Source of the DNA: Squalus acanthias
Lineage: Eukaryota
DNA length: 64,000 bases
Assembly (NCBI GenBank): GCA_030390025.1
Contig: CM059431.1
Location: 121,088,001 to 121,152,000 of the forward strand
Reading direction: 5' to 3'
The position numbers and the translations under genes are program-made. The notes beneath the pieces are model-generated. The model made no database searches. It was not told the origin of the DNA and was given only the letters and a program-made list of their open reading frames with translations. Positions within the stretch are counted from its first letter, which is position 1. Each line of letters opens with the position of its first letter. This document shows, piece by piece, positions 61,051 to 64,000 of this stretch.

Positions 61051-63086
61051 AAGGCTACACCAGCACTGTACTTATTTTCCTCCCATGAAGAATGGTATTA
61101 CCACTCCTAAACTGCCCTACATGGGTAACGAGGGTCACAGGAGGAAATGTCAATGGGTTAACCCAACAATAGGAGGAGAATCTAACCCAATTCCTCCATA
61201 AAGTGGAGATTCTGCCTCACAGGTGTTAAATTGTGAGGTGAACAATGCAGCCCATGTTCTAATTAGTTTTAAATAGTACGTGCCAGTAACAGAAAATACT
61301 AATTGATAGAAATCACTGATATTCAAATATCTGTGAGGAAATAGATTTAATCAGCATCATTTTTGGATAGTGAATATGGAGGATGGCATACAATCACAAA
61401 ATAAATATGGAAAATAGAAGAGCTTTCAGCCCATCCAACTAATCCATCCAAACCAAACTACAGTACCCAAGTCCCATCATAGCATCCGCTTCTTTCTTAA
61501 ATGATTTAAGGTTTTTTGCTCCACTATCCTAGCCAGAAATTCTCATGCTAATCACCTCTAATGTGAGGTGGTTTTTGACCTCAGTCCTAAATTTTCCTTG
61601 CTCCAGTTTGGACCTGTGGTTCTTTGCCCCACTGTTGTCGTTTAACTTAAAATAAGTTTATTCAACTTGTTTGGATGACTCATTTGCTCACAAGAGGATA
61701 TAGCGAATATTAAAGCATCTTCCACATTTATAACAGTCCTCCTTAGAACAAAATCAAAGGTATTTTAATGAACATTGATTCATTTATGGCAGAGTATTCA
61801 ATGAATAGTACACAATTTTAATCCAGGATAATCATGTCACTCACACGGTGGGAGTGCGTGTTCAGAAAGCTCAGCTATAGATACGGTACTTTGGATTTAC
61901 CGCACTAAGTACTGCACTCACTGATCTTCTGCCAGCTATAGCTAAAACCACAATACCAATAAACAATAATTACTGCAAGCTCCGAAACCAGCTATTAACA
62001 TATCAAATTTTCATGGACTATCTGCTGTTTACATCCACTTGTTAACAAATCATATATTTTACATGTGGTTTATAAACAGATAAATACTTTTGCCATTTCT
62101 TCAAAAAGTATAACGATTCAGCTGTGATGACAGCAAACATCTCTCAATTTGTCCCTCAGTCTCCACAAAAAGTGTTTTGCTAGCCCTTGCAATAACTAAA
62201 ACAGATGATTCCATCTCAACCTTTTCCTTTGAGCAGTAACTCAAATGCCTTTTTAAATGTTCCATACTGGAAGTAAAGAGCACAAATTGAAATACATCTT
62301 TAACATTTACTGTCTGCTGCACTGATATGAAGCCAACACTCATGTTTAACTTCTGTACAGGAAAAATAGGTAAAACTATTGCTGGAAGGTATTATGTAAG
62401 ATAGAAGTAGAGCATGATTTACAGAACTGATATATTAAGTGTATGTTTTATTTCTGTTCTGAAGCGAACAGTAAATTGTAAATTGTACTTTTGTTTTTAT
62501 TTTTATTTCGCCCCAAACCGGAAAATACATATTGGCCAGGTTTCGCGTTAAGAATAACAATGAGGCTATCAGCACTCACCATTATTGTGGAATACATTGG
62601 ACACAACTTCCAGAAGCTGCACATGCACAGTTAAACGTGGAAATCAGGAAGTTGCTGTCCGAGTTACCCTGCCCCGCCACAGCCTGTGCTCTACCGGTAC
62701 CTCGCCGAGAGACTCGACATTCAAATTCATGTAAGGGCGTGAAGTTGCTGTACTTGCCCACTAGTTGCCCATTAAACAGCAGAAAAAGTTAGGGTTGGTG
62801 CATTCAGGTGCAAGTGATTTTTTAATGGCATGATAAGTCATAATTACTGCCAAGCAACCTCTCTGGCACTGAAAATTGAATTTTACAAGTGTGGAGTCTC
62901 ATTCCTTTAGAATTTAATTAGTGTTGGAGATTTAAAAAACTTTTTTTTCTTTTTTTACTTTTTCTTTCTGTCTCTTTTATCTCTCTCTCTTAATCCCATA
63001 TTTCTTTCCCTCTCTTTAGTTTGCTTTCTATGCATGATTTTACAATGAATTAAATATTCAAGTTTATACTTCCTGGTTTAGCATCT

Positions 63087-63981
63087 GCGGCCGGAATTTT
63101 CTGACATCCGTGTGGGCGGGAATGGAGGCGGGTTGGGAGGGAAATTTGAAATAACTTGGAGCAGGTCGGGAACCTGCCGTCATCCCACCCCCACGTGCCT
63201 TTCACTCGGGCACATTTGCCAGCGCGGCAGCGACCCGAACTGCAGAGGCAGCCAAACTAATTCAAATGATTATTAGGTACTTGACAGACTCTTAAGCATC
63301 TTTTTAACCCTACCTTTCAAATTTCCCTGGATGACCACGGGAATCATGCAGCTTGGCAACCACGTCTGTGTACCTGAGGCAGAAGTTCAGTGGCCATTGA
63401 TCCAGCTCATTAGTGCACAGCATGGAAAGCACAGTAAATACTGCCAACAGACACATGGGGGGGAATTGAGGCTTTTCCCCATTTTACGCCTGCAATTGCG
63501 GGCTTCCCGACAGCTGCGAACCTCGCCAGGGTCAGCGAGGTGACTAGTGGGTCTGCGGGGGTGAGAGGGGTCGAAATATTCAGCTGTAGAGGTGAGTGAT
63601 GGGTGCAAGTGTGGACAGGTAAGTATGAGAGGTGAGTGTAAAGTGTTGGAAAAAGTTTCTTTACCTTTGCTTCTTCCTGCAGGCTTCAACTGTTGAGGAT
63701 CCGAAGGTGCCTCATCTGAATGGCAGAGATGACAGAATGGCTGCTGCATTCTCAAATGCTGTAGCCATCTGCTTTCTACTGAGGAGAGAGGTCTTGGTGT
63801 TCCTTTGTGCAAGGGTTCACCTTATAACAGAGATTGTCAGTGTTTGACAGCAGGGCGGGCTTAACAAGGCCAATCAAGGGAAAATAGTGTGGGTTCGTCA
63901 TACGTCGCTAGGGGTGGGACTAGAACCCGGAAGGCAGCAGTCCCACCCCCAACTCATCTCGGCCTGGCAAAATCCAGCCCC
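63087..63981. mobile_element. Probable MITE related to the GGGCTGGATTTT family
   Basis: GCGGCCGGAATTTT ... AAAATCCAGCCCC. The GC-rich ends resemble 40836-41550. Confidence 0.55.
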
Positions 63982-64000
63982 TCGTTACTTTACTAAGGCA

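Noticed and set aside
62101..62375. Good minus-strand splice acceptor (TTTTTCCTGTACAG) before an 80-aa ORF
   Set aside because: There is no recognisable protein similarity and no convincing donor, so it cannot be called a host exon without a homology search or RNA-seq.

Overview
A repeat-saturated eukaryotic window, most likely intronic or intergenic DNA from a cartilaginous fish (inferred from HE1-like V-SINEs, CR1/HER1-like LINEs and Penelope-type hammerhead repeats). I could not support any host gene exon. Bases 1.5-16 kb hold a nested complex built on a minus-strand, non-autonomous, retrovirus-like LTR element. It has long LTRs, a tRNA-Ser-like PBS overlapping the gag ATG, a CCHC gag, an in-frame gag-pol junction with a TGA-CTAG readthrough context, a pol reduced to remnants, and a splice acceptor before a signal-peptide ORF in the env position. 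Its LTRs carry a solo LTR of a related family, two Penelope-like insertions with minimal hammerhead ribozymes, a near-intact two-gene Harbinger transposon (itself holding a SINE) and a Harbinger MITE. The rest of the window contains two single-ORF LINEs with tRNA-like 5' heads, a near full-length RTE LINE, several CR1/L2 fragments, a second solo LTR, a hAT element with an 8-bp TSD, three Harbinger relics and many MITEs. One MITE family has ANT target duplications and arrays of GTAAGT splice donors. Boundaries with TSDs were read by eye; family names need confirming by database search.
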